From the NCBI RefSeq assembly GCF_900142435.1, contig NZ_LT670846.1:438750-462749 (forward strand): a DNA stretch of 24,000 bases, read 5' to 3'. The position numbers and the translations under genes were made by a program. The DNA is from Thermocrinis minervae. GTDB taxonomy: Bacteria; Aquificota; Aquificia; Aquificales; Aquificaceae. Shown piece by piece: positions 23,448 through 24,000 of the stretch; the first letter of the stretch is position 1; each line of letters starts with the position of its first letter. The notes beneath the pieces were generated by a model. That model saw nothing but the letters and a program-made list of their open reading frames with translations. It was not told the origin of the DNA and did no database searches.

Positions 23448-24000
23448 ATGTTTAAAAGAGTTGCCATCGTTGGAGTTGGCTTCATGGGTGGCTCCTTTGC
23501 TCTAGCCCTGAGGGAAGCTGTAAAGGGTGTAGAGATCCTCGGCGTGGACATAAACCCAAAGGCTCTTGAAAAGGCTCTAGATCTTAAAGTGATAGATAGG
23601 GCCTACGAAAGACTTGACGATTTAGAAAACGTTGGCCTGGTAGTGCTTGCCTCTCCTGTTAGGACCTTCTACAACATAGCCAAAAGCCTTAAACAAGTTC
23701 TAGATGATCAGACTATAGTAACGGACATGGGAAGCGTTAAAGGGAAGCTTGTCTATGAGCTTGAAAACATACTAGGAAAAAAGTTTGTGGGTGGGCATCC
23801 TATAGCGGGCACAGAGAAGTCTGGGGTGGAGAACAGTAGGAAAGATCTATTCAAAGGTAAAAGGTTCATCCTAACGCCCACACCCAATACAGACCAAGAA
23901 GCCAAGAGGAAGGTATCCGAGCTCTGGAGCCTTTTAGGATCCTACGTTGAAGAGATGGACCCTTACGTCCACGACTACGTCTTTGGCTGTGTTTCCCACC
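23448..24000 (+). CDS. tyrA: prephenate dehydrogenase, N-terminal part (3' end outside the window)
   Basis: MFKRVAIVGVGFMGGSFALAL is a Rossmann GxGxxG motif. DMGSVKG and GGHPIAGTEKSG are also present. The frame is open to the window end. Confidence 0.88.
   Translation, partial: MFKRVAIVGVGFMGGSFALALREAVKGVEILGVDINPKALEKALDLKVIDRAYERLDDLENVGLVVLASPVRTFYNIAKSLKQVLDDQTIVTDMGSVKGKLVYELENILGKKFVGGHPIAGTEKSGVENSRKDLFKGKRFILTPTPNTDQEAKRKVSELWSLLGSYVEEMDPYVHDYVFGCVSH

Noticed and set aside
1-24000. Search for mobile elements, prophage remnants, toxin-antitoxin or defence islands, tRNA/rRNA genes
   Set aside because: I saw no transposase, integrase or recombinase ORFs, no terminal inverted repeats and no cas or restriction genes. 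The largest non-coding gaps (148 and 123 nt) show no tRNA-like cloverleaf. The only PIN-like protein is better explained as HARP than as a VapC toxin, since it has no small antitoxin partner and is 192 aa long.

Overview
Densely packed, mostly housekeeping chromosomal segment. The protein sequences look Aquificae-like (Aquifex/Thermocrinis/Hydrogenobacter type); this is my impression from the sequences, not a search result. I support about 30 protein genes and found no rRNA, tRNA, CRISPR array, transposase or integrase. Core genes, left to right: lpxK (3' part), acpP, fabF, rnc, a small Toprim protein, gph, an MFS transporter, rpmB, aroC, mlaE, a PAP2 phosphatase, rnhC, rsmA/ksgA, nth, ricT/PSP1, an RlmN-like radical SAM enzyme, a PP2C phosphatase and tyrA (5' part). 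The accessory or unusual content is: (1) a PIN-like protein matching the protein-only RNase P (HARP/UPF0278, Aq_880 type), tail-to-tail and 15 bp overlapping with an archaeal-type Pab1020/Rnl3 RNA ligase. (2) Two tandem, paralogous, six-cysteine type IV pilin genes with no assembly genes nearby; one carries a perfect GGQ-coding tandem repeat inside its C-terminal disulfide loop. (3) A Cu(I)/Ag(I)-type cusCBA efflux operon with an unusual adaptor and an unlisted 48-codon ORF that exactly bridges cusB and cusA. (4) A RIC/YtfE-like hemerythrin translationally coupled to an uncharacterised 11-12 TM protein, behind a promoter with a palindrome across its -10 element. (5) A recurring pattern of very short divergent intergenic regions where first genes lack Shine-Dalgarno sequences and sit a few nt downstream of -10-like hexamers, suggesting leaderless mRNAs. 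Nothing here is demonstrably a new system from sequence alone. The best candidates for follow-up are the HARP-ligase pair, the cusB-cusA bridging ORF and the repeat-bearing pilin.
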